Shown piece by piece: positions 63,230 through 64,000 of a stretch of DNA of 64,000 nt. The position numbers and the translations under genes were made by a program. Each line of letters opens with the position of its first letter. Positions within the stretch are counted from its first letter, which is position 1. Below the pieces are notes generated by a model, which worked only from the letters and a program-made list of their open reading frames with translations, ran no database searches and was not told the DNA's origin. This DNA is from Gaiellaceae bacterium (GTDB lineage: Bacteria > Actinomycetota > Thermoleophilia > Gaiellales > Gaiellaceae): NCBI GenBank assembly GCA_036278975.1, contig DASUKC010000089.1, forward strand, positions 15,140 to 79,139, in the 5' to 3' direction.

Positions 63230-64000
63230 ATGAGCGACACGCCACTTCTCCAGATCACCGGCCTGAGCAAGTCCTTCGGCTCTGTGCAGGCGCTGAGCGA
63301 GGTCGACTTCGAGGTTCGCGCCGGTGAGGTCATGGCGCTCGTCGGCGACAACGGCGCTGGCAAGTCGACGCTCGTCAAGTGCATCGCCGGGACGCACTCG
63401 CCCGACAGCGGCACGATCCGCTTCGAGGGCAACCCCGTGCACATCAATTCGCCGAAGGACGCTGCGAAGCTGGGGATCGAGGTCGTGTACCAGGATCTCG
63501 CGCTGTGCGACAACCTCGACGTCGTGCAGAACATGTACCTCGGGCGCGAGGCGAGCACGTTCCAGATCCTGAACGAGGCGGTGATGGAGCATCACACCGG
63601 CGAAACGCTCAAGTCGCTCGCCGTCACGACGATCAAGTCGGTGCGCCAGACCGTCGCGACGCTCTCCGGAGGCCAGCGTCAATCGGTGGCCGTCGCGCGC
63701 GCGGTGATGTGGAACTCGAAGCTCGTCGTGCTCGACGAGCCGACTGCTGCACTCGGCGTGGCGCAGACCGAACAGGTGCTCGCGCTCGTCCGCCGCCTCG
63801 GTGAGCAGGGTCTCGGCGTCATCCTGATTTCGCACAACCTTCACGACGTCTTCGAGACCGCCAGTCGGATCACGGTGCTTCGACTCGGGCGCACCGTTGG
63901 CGTGTTCGACCGCAAGGCGACGACGCAGCAAGCGGTCGTCGAGGCGATCACCGCCGGCACGCCGACGAAGGTGGCCGGCATCTCGTCGACCACCGGGGTC
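63230..64000 (+). CDS. sugar ABC transporter ATP-binding protein (partial; continues past the window end)
   Basis: Own translation MSDTPLLQITGLSKSFGSVQALSEVDFEVRAGEVMALVGDNGAGKSTL..LSGGQRQSVAVARA..VVLDEPTAAL. No stop before position 64000. Confidence 0.9.
   Translation, partial: MSDTPLLQITGLSKSFGSVQALSEVDFEVRAGEVMALVGDNGAGKSTLVKCIAGTHSPDSGTIRFEGNPVHINSPKDAAKLGIEVVYQDLALCDNLDVVQNMYLGREASTFQILNEAVMEHHTGETLKSLAVTTIKSVRQTVATLSGGQRQSVAVARAVMWNSKLVVLDEPTAALGVAQTEQVLALVRRLGEQGLGVILISHNLHDVFETASRITVLRLGRTVGVFDRKATTQQAVVEAITAGTPTKVAGISSTTGV

Overview
Very GC-rich, densely coding chromosomal segment of Actinomycetota type, with strong GC3 bias and many GTGA/ATGA/TAATG start-stop overlaps. I call about 77 CDS and one tRNA-Gln. 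I see no rRNA, CRISPR array, transposase or integrase, and no recognisable defence or toxin-antitoxin module. Most of the window is conserved housekeeping. It holds dnaK-grpE-dnaJ-hspR and a block in an order reminiscent of mycobacteria: metG-tatD-rsmA(ksgA)-ispE ... tRNA-Gln-glmU-prs-rplY-pth ... mfd-mazG-eno-pyk-ftsB-DUF501. It also holds moaA, psuK-psuG, rsmI, a ROK glucokinase, an LCP protein, resA-ccmH-ccdA, fdxA, a NarL-type two-component pair, and a sugar utilisation cluster (xylB, xylose-isomerase-like TIM barrel, YtrA/ABC-2 module, two sugar-binding proteins, partial ABC ATPase). Items worth a second look: (1) a CMD/AhpD-family gene whose CxxC motif reads C-L-F-TGA, in frame, followed 10 nt later by a SECIS-like stem-loop, so a candidate selenoprotein; (2) two perfect GAAC-N4-GTTC LexA-type boxes, one on the promoter of a degenerate M23/LytM protein with a C-terminal membrane anchor, one centred on the start codon of an SplB-like radical SAM gene; (3) an inositol-lipid operon (PAP2-like, CDP-alcohol phosphatidyltransferase, ino1) ending in a PimA-like glycosyltransferase fused to a PHP phosphoesterase; (4) a 240-nt structured leader partly matching the ydaO/c-di-AMP riboswitch, upstream of an NlpC/P60 hydrolase; (5) several short conserved or phased intergenic repeats, namely an identical 27-nt G-tract element in two convergent intergenic regions, the TGCCAGGCA / GTACCAGG motif family, and 26-nt direct repeats upstream of dnaK where no HAIR or CIRCE operator is visible. 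All functional calls come from reading motifs in the supplied translations. No database search was possible.
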